Positions 24,872 to 47,630 of a DNA stretch of 52,301 nucleotides are shown in pieces (the first letter of the stretch is position 1; each line of letters starts with the position of its first letter). The DNA is from Malacoraja senta (Eukaryota): NCBI GenBank assembly GCA_038087875.1, contig JAXLNO010000702.1:1-52301 (forward strand), in the 5' to 3' direction. A model generated the notes under the pieces. It was not told the origin of the DNA. It worked only from the letters and a program-made list of their open reading frames with translations, and did not search any database. A program made the position numbers and the translations under genes.

Positions 24872-25355
24872 AGTCTGTAAAGCTAACACGCAGGAGTCTT
24901 CAGGACCCCTCTCACATCCTGTTTCCTGAGTTTTAGTGGCTCCCCTCAGGACGCAGACTCCGCTGTCCGGGTTGCCGGACACAGAGGAGGAAGGCAACCT
25001 TCATCTCCAGGGCTGTCCAGCTTCTTAATGCTGATCAATGATTCATGAAAATATAAAATGAAATAACCTTCTATATGCACTTTTTAATTGATGCACTGAG
25101 GAAGCTCTTTAAAAACTATTACTATGTGTTGAAAACTATTACTATGTGTTGAATGTTGATGTGCGGTGTGTGTTGTGTGATTGTGCAGTGTGTCTGTGAA
25201 ATGCTTGTGTTGGTTGATCGTGCAGTATGCGTGCTGCTTATGTTTGTTGATTGTGTCCCCTTTTTTTTTTAAAGCTACTGTAATGCGCCCTTTTAAATTG
25301 CCCCTCGGGGACGAATAAAGTGCTTTGAATTGAATTGAATTGAATTGAATTGAAT
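24872..25355 (+). mobile_element. Rex1/Babar-type LINE 3' fragment with (TTGAA)n tail
   Basis: DPSHILFPEF*WLPSGRRLRCPGCRTQRRKATFISRAVQLLN; AATAAA at ~25314 followed by (GAATT)n. Confidence 0.8.
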
Positions 25356-25514
25356 CGCAGCCAGTAGGTTGATAGGTTAATGGGCAGGTGTAAATAAGCC
25401 CTAGTGTAGGTAGTTGTAGGTAAAGAGGATGGGTTACAGGTGGAAATATGTAGGGAATGCAAAGCACTGGGGTTACATTAAAACATAGACACAGTGGGCA
25501 AAATATCCTCCATC

Positions 25515-26003
25515 TTAGTCTAGTTTAGTTTAGAGATACAGCGCCAAAGAGAGAGCTAGATCGGGCTCTTAAAAATAGCGGAGTCAGGGGATATGGGGAG
25601 AAGGCAGGAACGGGGTACTGATTGGGGATGATCAGCCATGATCACATTGAATGGCGGTGCTGGCTCGAAGGGCCAAATGACCTAGTCCTGCACCTATTGT
25701 CTATTGTTTATTGAAACAGGCCCATCAGCCAACCGAGCCCGCACTGACCATCAATCCCCGCACATTAACACTATCCTACACAAACTAGGGACAATTTACA
25801 TTTATACCAAGCCAATTAACCAACAAACCTGTACGTCTTTGGAGTGTCAGATGAAACTGAAAATCGCAGAGAAAACCCATGCGGTCACAGGGGGTGAAAT
25901 TACAAACTCCATACTGACAGCACCTGTAATCGGAATTGAACTCGGGTCTCAGAAACTGTAAGCACCACAAGGCAGCAACTCTACTGCTGTGTCACCGTGC
26001 CGT
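25515..26003 (-). mobile_element. tRNA-derived V-SINE (HE1-like), interrupted by a CR1 3' end
   Basis: Minus strand shows A-box-like GGTGACACAGCAGTAG, B-box GAGTTCAATTCC, V-domain-like GGAGTTTG...GCATGGGTTTTCTC and an (ACTAA)n tail. Confidence 0.75.
25545..25712 (+). mobile_element. Short CR1 3' end inserted in the SINE
   Basis: Near-identical to 1670-1830 (GGGATATGGGGAGAAGGCAGG...ATTGTCTATT). Confidence 0.88.
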
Positions 26004-26049
26004 GATCTATAAAGACAAAAATAAAAATTGTCATCTAAATATCTAAATA

Positions 26050-27150
26050 TAAAATTATAAGAGGCATAGTGAAGGATAGACAGACCAGAAGTTGCAAATG
26101 ACACTATACCAAGTGGTATCATAGACAGTGAATATGGTTATCTAAAATTACAGTAGACTCTGGATCAGCTGTGCAAATGGGCAGAGGAATGGCTAATGGA
26201 GTTCAATGTCGATTAGTGTGATGTGTTACATTTGGGGAAGTCAAACCAAGGCAGGACCTTCACAGTCAATGGCAGGATCCAGAGGAGTTTTTAGAACAGG
26301 GGGGTCTAGGATTGAAGGTACATGGTTCCCACAAAGTGGCATCACTGATAGTTAGGGTGGTAAAATAGGCTTTTGGTGAATTGGCCTTCATCAGTCAGGG
26401 CATTGAGTTGTACAAGATGATGGTGAGACTACATTTGAAGTACCTTGTTTAGTTTTAGTTGACTTTTGGGTAACTTTTTAAAAAGGGTGCCATTTAAGTG
26501 GAAGGAGTGTTGTGAACATTTATGAGGATGTTCCCAGGATTAGAATGGCTGAGCTATAGGCAGAGGTTTGGAAGACTAGGACTTTATTCTTTGTGAGTGG
26601 AGAGGAGCAAGATTTAATAAAACATGAGGGACAACGTTTTCACTCAGGGGTTGGTGGGTTTATGAAATGAGCTGCCAACCGAGATAGTTGAGGCAGGTAT
26701 CATAACAGGATTTAAAAGACACTTGGACAGGTGCATGGATAAGATAAGTTTAGGGGGATATGGGGCAAATGCAGGTAAATGGGACTAGCTTAGATGGAGC
26801 ATGGAGGAGTTGGGCTGATGGACCTGGTTCCATGCTGTATGATTAGGACTCCAAGACTAACTGCTTTTTCAAAGGTGGAAATGTCAAAGACTAGAGGGCA
26901 TGGCTTTGTGAGAGAGACAAAGTTTAAAGGGAAGGTTGTTTACACAGAGAATGGTGGGTACATGGAACACATTGCCGAGGGTGATGGTGGAGGCAGGCAT
27001 GATAGGGGCATTTAAGAGTCTTTTCGATAGGCACATGGATATGCAAGGAATCGAGGGAAATGGATCACGTTCAAACAGAGATTAGTTTAACTGGGTATCA
27101 TGTTCAGCAAGGAGATTGTGGACTGAAGGGCCTGTTCATGTGCAATATTA
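26050..27150 (+). mobile_element. Old degenerate CR1 fragments (at least two)
   Basis: Remnants of LDQLCKWAEEWLMEFN, HLDRCMD and GYGANAGKWD with many stops. Confidence 0.8.
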
Positions 27151-27458
27151 TTTAGTTTCGAGGTACAGCGTGGAAACAGGCCCTTCTGCCCACCAAGTCT
27201 ACGTTGATCATTGATCACCCATACACTAGTTCAATGTTATCGCATCCTATACACTAGGAGCAATTTACAGAAACCAATTGACTTACAAAACCTGCGAGTC
27301 TTTGGAATATGGGAGGAAACCGTAGCATCTGGTGAAAACCCAAGTGGACACAGGGAGAATGTACAAATTCCGCACAGATAGCACCCGTAGTCAGGGTCGA
27401 AGCCAGGTCTCTGACGCTGTGAGGCAGCAGGACTACCACTGCACCGCCATGCTGCCAC
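27150..27458 (-). mobile_element. tRNA-derived V-SINE (HE1-like)
   Basis: Minus strand shows GGTGCAGTGG A box, GGCTTCGACCC B box and V-domain-like ACATTCTCCCTGTG...GGTTTCCTCCCA. Confidence 0.8.
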
Positions 27459-28237
27459 TGTCTTTTATATTCTATACATCTGAGAACTCAGTACAAGCCG
27501 CATGACAGTTATAAATTTAACCAGGTATGTCAGAACCCATAGTATTAAATATTACAGAATGGGACAGGAAATATAAACCTGCACGTTGAGATCAGGTGTA
27601 ATTGTTTTTCACTCCTTGTGCTCAGGTGGCCACGAGCCTTTGAACCAATTGTTTAAATTGCTTTGCTGAAGGATTACCAATTCCATTTTAATGGATTCAC
27701 AGGATCATAGGTCAGTTTATTATCACATGTGTCAATTAAGGTACTGTGAAACTCTATTTACCAGTATTCCTGAAAGGAAATTATAATATAGCAACAGATG
27801 GGAAGAAGCAGGAATGGATCTCCAAAGAATATTTGTTGGGTTACATCGAGATGCTGCCATTGACACCAACGTACTCTGTCCTATTGCAGCAATGATAAGA
27901 CCTCATTTATCAGATGATGAAGGTAAATGGAAGCGGCAATTGCCAATGAGACACTTCCAGGACAGTTTTTAATTTCCTGATTTTCAAGATATCGAACGCT
28001 GACATGTTCACCTGCATGGAGTAAACAAAGCTAATTTGTTTTTATGCTAGAAAGATGAATAGTGGAAATGTCACAATTAAGATTGTAAGAAAAAGAATAG
28101 AGTTATGAACAGCGCACATTGTTGCAGATCTAGACTGAGCTTTGGAACTTTGGTGCAGCAGGGCTCTATTTTAATAAACAAAAGGCAAATGGCGCACATA
28201 TTAAAACCAGGCTAGTTCCAGGAGCATTATTTTCAAA

Positions 28238-28343
28238 GGTAGACAAAAGTGCTGGAGAAACTCAGCGGATGCAGCAGCATCTATGGAGCGAAGGAAATAG
28301 GCAACGTTTCGGGCTGAAACCCTTCTTCAGACCATTTCAGACC
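28238..28343 (-). mobile_element. ~106-bp Penelope-terminus mini-insert with a hammerhead motif (28300-28333) and 8-bp TSD
   Basis: Minus strand GGT-CTGAAGA-A-GGG-TTTCAG-CCC-GAAA-CGTT-GCC; TTTTCAAA at 28230-28237 and 28344-28351; near-identical to 1051-1145. Confidence 0.75.
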
Positions 28344-29267
28344 TTTTCAAACCAGCACCTCTCCACGTGAAATACTGATGCAATACCAAGAGGAATGTTG
28401 CATGACTGGTGTTCTAGCCTACAGCGCCCACCTTGTGATGAGATGCATCATTTATTCTTCTGCCACAATGTGATTAATCCTAATGAGAAAAGATGGGTGG
28501 AGCCTTGGTTTCAGAAAACAAGAATTGGTTCTGTCAGTTCTGTGAAAAATAAATTTGCATATTGCTGAAACTGTATCTTGCTTAAGCCTGTTTTTTTCAA
28601 CACCAAGTTTTGTTCCAACATGTAGCATGGACAAAGAATGCATGACTAGTTTTGGAGTAGACTCAAGTATGCAAATATCACTTCTAGGTACTATGCGTAC
28701 CATTTTAACTCGTGTCGGTCGATGGGATCTCTCTGCTTCTGCAATTTGCTTCAGGTCTGCAAGACAACCTATATGGATGTTGGTGTCAGTCTACACTCAC
28801 AGGTGGACTGTCAGCCGGGGAAGGCATTAGGAAGTTCTCAGGGGCTGACCTTGCATGGTAACTTGAGAGAGCAAACCAGATACTGCGCAAATTCAGATTT
28901 GTCAGAAGTGTGTTTGCATTTGGAATTCCAATTTCCTTTTAGAATTATAGTCTTTTACGTCCATATGCCAGGAGTGTGTGGGCACCTGAAAAGTACAATT
29001 AAATGTTTTTTGTCTATTCTCTGCATTTGTAAGGCAGCAACTCCACCGCTGCCCCACCGTGCCAATTCTGTACTTAGTAGTTGCTTTCTTAATAGTTGAC
29101 GCATTCTCCTTCCACATCTTCACCTTTTATTGCCACTATCTTCAGCACTCAACACTCATCACCTTCCGCCACCTCTGGTGCACACGCTCCTGTACTATAC
29201 TCTCTCCATCCACCTCCGCCTAATCACTAATTTGTCCGCACATTTTCAGCTCTGTACTGGACCCCAA

Positions 29268-31651
29268 GAAATGGAGTTTGTGGAGTGCCTTCATGATGGA
29301 TTCTTAGAGCAGCTTGTGTCTAGGCCTACCAGGGAGAAGGCAATTCTGGATTTAGTCTTATGTAATGAACTGGATTTGATAAAGGAACTTGAGGTTAAGG
29401 AGCCATTAGGAGTTATTGACCATAATATTGTCAGGTTTAAGCTACAATTGGAGAGGGAGAAGGGTAGATCGGAGGTGTCAGTGTTACAGTTTAATAAAGG
29501 GGACTAATGAGCCATGAGGGAGGAGCTGGCCAAATTTGACTGGAAAGATACCCGAGCAGGGATGACAGTGGATCAACAATGGCAGGTATTTCTAGGAAAA
29601 ATGGCAGGTATTTCTAGTTGCAGGATCAGTTCATTTAGGGCATATCCCTCAGGATAAATCCCCAGGGCCTGATGGTCTGCATCCCAGGGTACTTGCGGAA
29701 GTGGCTCTGGAAATCGTGGATGCATTGGTGATAATTTTCCAATGTTCTATAGATTCAGGATCAATTCCTGTGGATTGGAGGGTAGCAAATGTTATCCCAC
29801 TTTTCGATAATCAGTTATAAAAGATGAAATAGCGGCACATTTGAATAGCACTAGCAGGATCGGTCCGTGTCAGCATGGATTTACGAAGGGGAAATCATGT
29901 TTGACTAATCTTCTGGAATTTTTTGAGGATGTAACTGGATAAATGGACAAGGGAGAGCCAGTGGGTACAGTGTACGTGGACTTTCAGAAAGCATTTGATA
30001 AGGTTCCACTTAGGAGATTAGTGGGCAAAATGAGGGCACATGGTATTGGGGGTAGTGGCTGACATGGATAGAAAATTGGTTGGTAGACAGGAAACAAAGA
30101 GTAGGGATTAACGGGTCCCTTTCAGAATTGCAGGCAGTGACTAGTAGGGTACCGCAAGGCTCGGTGCTGGAACCGCAGCTATTTACAATATACATCAATG
30201 ATTTGGATGAAGGGATTCAAAGTAACATTAGCAAATTTGCAGATGACACAAAGCTGGGTGGAAGTGTGAACTGTGACGAGGATACTATGAGAATGCAGGG
30301 TGAATTTGACAGGTTGGGGGAGTGGGCAGATGCATGGCAGATGAAGTTTAATGTGGATAAATGTGGGGTTATCGACTTTGGTATCAAAAAACAGGAAGGC
30401 AGATCACTATCTGAATGGTGTCAAGTTGGGGAAAGTGGAAGTACAATGGGATCTGGGGGTCCTTGTTCATCAGTCTATGAAAGTAAGCAGTCGGTGAGAC
30501 CAAGCGTAGGCTTGGCGATCGTTTCGGCGAACACCTCCGGTCGGTCCGCAATAACCAACCTGAACTCCCGGTGGCTCAGCACTTAAACTCCCCCTCCCAT
30601 TCCGTATCTGACCTCTCTGTCCTGGGTCTCCTCCATGGCCACAGCGAGCAACACCGTAAATTGGAGGAAATGCACCTCATATTCCGCTTGGGCAGTCTAC
30701 ATCCTGGTGGCCTGAACATTGAATTCTCCCAATTCTGCTAGCCCTTGCTGTCCCCTCCCCTTCGTCAGCCATCTGGCTGTCTCCTCCCCTCCCCCAGCCC
30801 TCGGGCTCCTCCTCCGCCTTTTTCCTTTTTTCCTTTCTTCTACCCACCCCCTATCAGTCTGAAGAAGGGTTTCGGCCCGAAACGTTACCTATTTCCTTCG
30901 CTCCATAGATGCTGCTGCACCCGCTGAGTTTCTCCAGCATTTTTGTGTACCCATGAAAGTAAGCATGCAGGTACAGCAGGCAGTGAAGAAAGTGATTGGC
31001 ATGTTGGCCTTTATAACAAGAGGAGTCGAGTACAGGAGCAAAGAGGTCTTTCTGCAGTTGTACAGGGCCCCAGTGAGACCACACCTGGAGTATTATGTGC
31101 AGTTTCGGTCCCCTATTTTGAGGAAGGACATTCTTGTTATTGAGGGTGTGCAGCGTAGGTTTACAAGGTTAATTCCTGGGATGGAGGGACTGTTATATGC
31201 TGAGAGAATGGAGCGGCTGGGTTTGTACACTCTGGAGTTTAGAAGCATGAGAGGGGATTTTATTGATACATATAAGATTGTTAAGGTTTTGGACATGCTT
31301 GAGGCAGGAAACATGTTCCTGATGTTGGGGGAGTCCAGAACCAGGGGCCAAAGTTTAAGAATAAGGGGTAAGCCATTTAGAATGGAGACGAGGAAACACT
31401 TTTTCTCACAGATAGTTGTGAGTCTGTGGAATTCTCTGCCTCAGAGGGTGGTGGGGGCAGGTTCTCAGGATACTTTCAAGGGAGACCTTGTTAAGGCTCT
31501 TAACGATAGCGGAGACAGGGGATATGGGGAGAAGGCAGGAGCGGGGTACTGATTGGGGATGATCAGCCATGATCACATTGAATGGCGGTGCTGGCTCGAA
31601 GGGCCGAATGGCCTACTCCTGCCCCTATTGTCTATTGTCTATTGTCTATTC
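29268..31651 (+). mobile_element. CR1 LINE (endonuclease end with internal deletions, RT, 3' end), copy-2 version, split by Penelope 30490-30950
   Basis: FLEQLVSRPTREKAILDLVL, SPGPDGLHPRVL and KFADDTKLGG; duplicate of 1-1845. Confidence 0.93.
30490..30950 (+). mobile_element. Penelope-like GIY-YIG fragment with hammerhead motif (30857-30889), copy 2
   Basis: Matches 684-1144; the right TSD carries a T>C change. Confidence 0.88.
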
Positions 31652-31878
31652 TCATTGTCCTCTCTCACCATTTCTCTATAGTGAATTCAATTGAATTAAA
31701 TTGAACTGAATTTCTTTATTTTTCATTCAAAAACAAATTTGAACAAAATTCAGTTACCGTGCAGTGATAACAATAAAAAACGAATGAATGAATGAATGAA
31801 GACGTTTATTGTCCAAGTATTCACATACAAGGAATTTGCCTTGGTGCTCTGCGCGCAAGTGACAACATGACATACAGT

Positions 31879-32457
31879 CTTCTTCTTGCAAATGAAACAT
31901 AAACCAAAGGAATAGTTAGATCTCAAGCCGGGTGTTGAGCAGCCAGGTTGTTGTGTCTGTTGCCGTCAATGTCTCCCAGGCCCTGAGCTTCATTTGGTGG
32001 GTGGTAGAGCGGGCACCCAGAGATGACATTGTTGGCTGTCTGTTGTTCTGCTCCACATTCACAGGCTGGGCTCTGGCGGAGTCCCCATCTGCACATGCCA
32101 ACTCCAGTACAAAGTCTGTAGAGATTCACCCCTGCTCCTCTGGGGAGCTCAGACCATGGACAGCCTTTATCTGGTGAAGAGATGTCACTGTGTAATGGAG
32201 ATGATGTTGCCTTCCACTCCTGTGACCACTTGGTGGCTATCCAGTGTGCTTTTGTCTCAGTTGGCTGGATGGATGTTAGGAGTAGTTTTCCATGTGGAGC
32301 AAAGAGGTGACTGGACGTCAGTCGGGCTCCCTCTGCTCTCTACTGATAGCCTGATAGAGGAGGTGAGCTGCTTCCAAGGCACGACGAGATAGTGCCAGAG
32401 TTGCTGCTTGCCTTCGGATCCCTGCAGGCAGAATGCCTACAAGTAGAGGGAGCTGTC
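31879..32457 (-). mobile_element. Ingi/Vingi-like 3' fragment, copy 2
   Basis: Duplicate of 2073-2651. Confidence 0.65.
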
Positions 32458-33770
32458 ACATGCAGTGACAGTGAGGACTGACACATAATACTTCAAACAT
32501 TAATAAAAACACATTATCGATTAAACATGTGAATGAAATAAAATACCAGAGCAAAAGGAGGCTACAGATTTTTGGTTATTGAGTAGAGCTACTACTCGTG
32601 GAAGAACAAAACACACAATTAACACAATTTACACAAATATCCATCACAGTGACTCTCCTTCAGTCAGCTCCTCACTGTGATGGAAGGTAAAACAAGTCTT
32701 ATCACTTACTTGCTTCTTCTCTCGCGGTCAGGCAGTCAAAACTGCTGCATTGAGGCGATCGAGGCTCCCGATGTTGAAGCTCCCGCCGGGCGATTGGAGA
32801 CCCCGCAGTTGATTTTAAGCCGCGCGGGGCGATCTCTGTGAATTGGACAGGAGTCTGGTGAAGGATGATTGTGCACTGACATAGGAAATGCTAAAGAGAT
32901 TTGGGCTGCTGGACACAACATGCTGAACCTGACACACAATACAAAGTAATCATCAGGGTTTGTGCTGTTCACATCAGCATCAATACTCACTGTTGTAATG
33001 TGCTCTGTAAATTGGTACAGCTGCAATGAACATTGACAGGACTCCATACACCAGGAAAACATAACGATGTTCTGTCAAAGAGATTCCATTAGAGGCCGTG
33101 ACGCAGGTAGATGCACGAGCATGCACATATACCCCACAACCCAAAACATATTTCACTGTTACTTCAGTAATGGATCTTTATGAATTTCTGTGCATTTGTC
33201 TGTTTATTGTTGTCATTCCACTGACATATATTCATAGAATTACTGAAACAACCCCATCAGCACACCACGGCCATGCCTGTCCCTTGGCCCAAATACTCTC
33301 ATCCAATTTGATGCCAATTAATTTTGCATGCTCCTATGCCTCACCTATTTAAGGCCATCGTGTTGGAGAAAGTGAATGAAAACGGATAAAGCATTAGTGC
33401 TGCAGTATGGGATAGTACGTTGGAGGCACAAGAGACTGTAGATGCTGGAATCAGGAACAACAAAACAAAATTACTGGATGAACTCAGAGAATCAATCGAC
33501 AGTTGATGTTTTGGGGTGAGGATCAAGTGGATTACAAGTTGGCCTTGCTCTGGACAAAACTGTAAATGTAATTCATATAGATTCAGATTTCCACAATATT
33601 GTCCACGCCCTCTGTAGGAGGCCAGCCCAGAGGACAATTGTAAATGCTTGGAAGTCATCTGGCTTGGACTTCCAGCGGTGGAGTGGATGTCCATCCCTCC
33701 CAGATCACCCTACTGCAATATTCAGCCTACTATGCAATATTACAATAATCATCAGATCTACTATGGAGAA

Positions 33771-36009
33771 AGACAAGAACAGGGATGTAATGCTGAGGCG
33801 GTATAAGGCGCTGGTCAGGCCGCATTTGGAGTATTGTGAACAATTTTGGGCACCATATTGGAGGAAGGGTGTACTGGCTCCGGAGAGGGTCCAGAGGAGC
33901 TTTACAAGCATAATCCCAGAAATGAGTGGGTTAACCTATGATGAGCGTTTGACGGCACTGGGCCTGCACTCGCTGGAGTTTAGAAGGATGAGGGGGTGCC
34001 TCATTGAAACGTATCGAGTAGTGAAAGGCTTGGATTTAGTGGGTGTGGAGAGGAATTATTCGCTAGAGTGTGTCTTGGATTAGTGGTCATAGCCTCAGGG
34101 TTAAAGGATGTTGCTTTAAGTAGGAGGTGAGGAGGAATTTATTTTGTCATAGGGTGGTGAATCTGTGGAATTATTTTCAAGGCAGAGATAGATATTCTTG
34201 ATTTGTACGATATCAGAGGTTATGGGGAGAAGGAAGGAGAATGGGGTTAGGAGGGAGAGATAGATCAGCCATGATTGAATGGCAGAGTAGACTTGATGGG
34301 TCGAATGGCCTAATTCTGCTCCTCTGACTTATGACCTCATTAACAGCTTCATTGGAAACTGTCCTCAACATCCTACTGACCACACATCATCCTGTCTTGG
34401 AGATTTATTGCTCAATGTTTGACATTGGTCAGCCACAATTTCCTGATATGACTGATCAAAATAATAAAATCCAAGGTATTTTTCAAACTCGTACAGCAAA
34501 TTAAATATTTCATCCAAGAACAATGAGGTCATTCGGAGGAGATTTACCAGAATGTTGCCTGGGTTTCAGCACCTAAGTTACAGAGGAAGGTTGAACAAGA
34601 TAGGTCTTTATTCTTTGGAGCGCAGAAGGTTAAGGGGGGACTTGATAGAGGTCTTTAAAATGATGAGAGGGACAGACAGAGTTGACGTGGATAAGCTTTT
34701 TCCATTGAGAGTAGGGATGATTCAAACAAGAGGACATGATTTGAGAATTAAGGGACAAAAGTTTAGCGGTAACAAGAGGGGGGACTTCTTTACTCAGAGA
34801 GTCGTAGCTGTGTGTAATGAGCTTCCAGTGGAAGTGGTGGAGGCAGGTTCGATTTTATCATTTAAAAATGAATTAGATAGGTATGTGGACGGGAAAGAAA
34901 TGGAGGGTTATGGTCTGAGTGGAGGTAGATGGGACTAGGTGAGAGTAAGTGTCTGGCACGGACTAGAAGGGCCGAGATGACCTGTTTCCGTGCTGTAATT
35001 GTTATATGTTATATGTTATATGTTATATGTCGTCCAAAATGTTGGGCTCCTGCCTGCTGTTTCAGAAGCAAAATATTCCAACATGATACAAGTTGGAGAA
35101 GAGTATCTACAAAAATATTCAAACATAATTGTTAAACTTACTCCTCTTAATCAGGATGCAAGTAAACCACGAGAATATAAACGATCATTGCTACCACCAT
35201 TAAAAATCCAAAGCTATTGAGCTTGTATTTATTGTAATAGAAACATAGAAACATAGAAAATAGGTGCAGGAGTAGGCCATTCGGCCCTTCGAGCCTGCAC
35301 CGCCATTCAATATGATCATGGCTGATCATCCAACTCAGTATCCTGTACCTGCCTTCTCTCCATACCCCCTGGTACCTTTAGCCACAAGGGCCACATATAA
35401 CTCCCTCTTAAATATAGCCAATGAACTGGCCTCAACTACCTTCTGTGGCAGAGAATTCCAGAGATTCACCACTCTCTGTGTGAAAAATGTTTTTCTCATC
35501 TCGGTCCTAAAAGATTTCCCCCTTATCCTAAAACTGTGATCCCTTGTTCTGGACTTCCCCAACATCGGGAACAATGTTCCTGCATCTAGCCTGTGCAACC
35601 CCTTAAGAATTTTGTAAGTTTCTATAAGATCCCCCCTCAATCTTCTAAATTCTAGCGAGTACAAGCCGAATCTATCCAGTGTTTCTTCATATGAAAGTCC
35701 TGACATCCCAGGAATCAGTCTGGTGAACCTTCTCTGTACTCCCTCTATGGCAAGAATGTCTTTCCTCAGATTTGGAGACCAAAACTGTACGCAATACTCC
35801 AGGTGTGGTCTCACCAAGATCCTGTACAACTGCAGTAGAACCTCCCTGCTCCTATACTCAAATCCTTTTGCTATGAATGCTAACATACCATTCGCTTTCT
35901 TCACTGCCTGCTGCACCTGCATGCCTACTTTCAATGACTGGTGTACCATGACACCGAGGTCTCGTTGCATCTCCCCTTTTCCTAATCGGCCACCATTCAG
36001 ATAATATCT
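33771..36009. mobile_element. Three CR1 3' fragments, copy 2 (33771-34336 +, 34534-35030 +, 35238-36009 -)
   Basis: Duplicates of the copy-1 elements at offset 29806. Confidence 0.92.
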
Positions 36010-36560
36010 GAATTCAGCTAACATTCAGATAATATCTTCATGACTGTATGGACATTGCCCTCTGGTGTATTTGACAAGAAACAGATCCAAATGTGAATTG
36101 GGATACTGACCTGGAACAAAAATACAGAAGTGATGCAGACAAAGAGATAAAGATGAGTAGCTGGAAGAATACAAAGAAAGCCGTCAGCTGTACATGCCGC
36201 TTGTGCACTGGAAAGACAGATGGACACACATTCACCGTCGGGGACAGATGCATAATACACCACCTCATGATATAATGAGTTACACAGTACAAGTGTTACC
36301 TCTGCACGTCCTCCGGAGCAAAAAAGATAATGAAGACGAATGCAGCCAAAGATGTTGTTGTGATCACCAGAGCTATTATGGATCAGATAAAAGAGTACTG
36401 ATTGGGTGGCACCGATCCTGAAACCATTTCATGTTATATTTCACGTTATTTATCATTACAATAAAAAAAACAATAAATGTCAAAACGCCGCCCTTTTAAA
36501 CACACACAGATACTCCAGGCAGCTTCCACTGACATCACAATGCCGCCGCAAGGGGAGGGG

Positions 36561-36902
36561 GTCGCTACATGGGAACCGACTTGAAGGGCGAGTTCTTTAT
36601 CTTGGGGCCCGGCGACTACAAGTCCCTGGGCAAGTTCAACCAGAACATCAGCTCGCTGCGGCTGGTGAACGAGGAGCTGGTGAACCCGGAGATCGGTCTG
36701 TTCGAGGATGTGAACAACTAGGGCAAGTCCCGTATTGTCCTGCAGAAGGTGGATGCCCTGCGGAGAGGCCGACATTGAAGAGCTGGTCTCGTCTCACAAG
36801 GTGAAGCGGGGCGTGTGGATCCTCCACCAGGGGGTTAACCTGACCGGGCCGCGCCTCATCACCTTCAAGGGCGACGAGTGGCCCAACTACATCTGCCGCA
36901 AC
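36561..36902 (+). pseudogene. Beta/gamma-crystallin paralog fragment, copy 2
   Basis: Matches 6755-7096; TAG at 36719-36721. Confidence 0.9.
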
Positions 36903-36995
36903 TCTCCCCCCCCCCCTCCGACCTCTCTCCCCTCACCCTCTCCCTCCAACCCTGCCCCGTCCCCTTCTACCCCCCCTCCGCCGTCAGTGCCGCAA

Positions 36996-37026
<31 letters not shown>

Positions 37027-37508
37027 GAAGCCACACTCACACACACGCAAACACACTCACACACACGGACACACATGGACACGCACACGGACACACACAC
37101 GCTCACCCACTCACACACGGACACACACGCTCACACACACACACACGCAGACACACTCACACACACGCGCACACACGCTCACACACACGCACACATGATC
37201 TCACACAGACACACAATCACACACGCTCACACACACACACACGCAGACACACACTCTCCGTCACACTGACACACGCACAAGCACACACAATCTCACAAAG
37301 ACAAACAATCACACACACACACGCTCACACACACACAGACGCACACACGGACACACACGCTGACACACATACACAGACACACACGCTCACACTCACACAC
37401 ACGGACACACACTCACGGACACACACGCTCACACACACACACACGCAGACACAAACTCTCCTTCACACTGACACGCACACGCACACACAATCTCACAAAG
37501 ACAAACAA

Positions 37509-37551
<43 letters not shown>

Positions 37552-37947
37552 CACACACATACACAGACACACACGCTCACACTCACACACACAGACACAC
37601 ACTCACGGACACACACGTTCACACTCACACACACGGACACACACGCTCACTGACACACACGCTCACACTCTCACACACACGGACACACACGCTCACACAC
37701 ACACGGACACACACGTTCACACTCACACACACGGACACACACGCTCACACTCACACACACGGACACACACGCTCACACTCATACACACGGACACACGCTC
37801 ACACACACGGACACACACGCTCACACACACACTCACACACGCTCACTGACACACACGCTCACACTCACACACACGGACACACACGCTCACACTCACACCC
37901 CCTGCGTAGGCCACATAGAACCTTCTGTCCCACATTGACCTTTCTGA

Positions 37948-46281
<8,334 letters not shown>

Positions 46282-46287
<6 letters not shown>

Positions 46288-46682
46288 GATTCAGCGTGGA
46301 AACGAGCCATTTTGGCCCAACTTACGCACACCGGTAAACATACACTGGTCCCACCTGCCAGCGTTTGGCCCATATCCCTCCAACCCTGTCCTATCCATGT
46401 ACCAGTCTAAGTGCTTCTTAAACGTTGGGATAGTCCCAGTCTCAACTACCTCGTCTGGCAGCTTGTTCCATACACGCACCACCCTTTGTGTGAGAAAGGT
46501 ACCCCTCAGATTACTATTAAATCTTTTTCCCTCACCTTGAACCTATGGTCCTCAATTTCCCTACTCTGGGCAAGAGCATCTGTGCATCTACCCGATCTAT
46601 TCCTTTCATGATTTTATACACCTCTGTAAGATCATCCCTCATCCTCCTGCGCTCCAAGGAATCGAGTCCCAGCTAACTCAAC
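46282..46682 (-). mobile_element. CR1 3' fragment, copy 2
   Basis: Duplicate of 15185-15585. Confidence 0.9.
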
Positions 46683-47003
46683 CTCCCCCTCCCCTCCTCC
46701 CAGCTCCCCCTCCACTCCATCCAGCTCCCCCCCCTCTTCCCAGCTCCTCCTCCCGGCTCCCCCTTCCTTCCTCCCAGCTCCTCCTCCCCTCCTCCCTCCG
46801 CCCGGGCCAGTGTCCCGTCGCTTTACCGCTCATTTCAAGAATGAAATAAAACTCTGATCTCAATGCAAAATGCCTCCAGTTGTTTGTTGAGTAAATGGGG
46901 ACGTGGTTGGCGGGGAGTGGGTTGGATAGACAGGTCTAGTTCCTCACGGCAGCGCTGCGGAGTTCCCGAGTCGGGGACAGGCTGGAGAAACGTCGCTCAC
47001 CCC
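46682..47003 (+). pseudogene. Orphan crystallin 3'UTR/polyA, copy 2
   Basis: Duplicate of 15585-15905. Confidence 0.86.
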
Positions 47004-47030
47004 TCACACACACTCTCACACACACACACA

Positions 47031-47136
<106 letters not shown>

Positions 47137-47144
47137 CTCACACA

Positions 47145-47287
<143 letters not shown>

Positions 47288-47630
47288 GCACACACACACA
47301 CACACACACTCACTCACTCAGGCAATGGTCGCTGACGTGTCTCTGACACCCCCATCCAGCTGACGGAACCTCCGTCCGCCGATCACCCGCTGGTCATTTC
47401 ACTCGTTCACTGTTGATATCCGAGCGACCCGAACGAGAGGCGTTTGTGCGCATTAACACAGACGCCGGGAGCTCATGTACCGTCGGCGAGGACATATTTA
47501 GAGGATTGTATCCAGGTCCTACCAACATGCCGATTCAAGCCTTACACTCTCTGTTCCATAGTTACTCTTAGACTGAAATACACATATTTTATTCTTAAAT
47601 TCTTACTCACCAACGTTTTTGAATCTGATC

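Noticed and set aside
25960..26003. tRNA genes at SINE heads (also ~27390-27458)
   Set aside because: Only A/B-box-like motifs followed by SINE body; no full cloverleaf.
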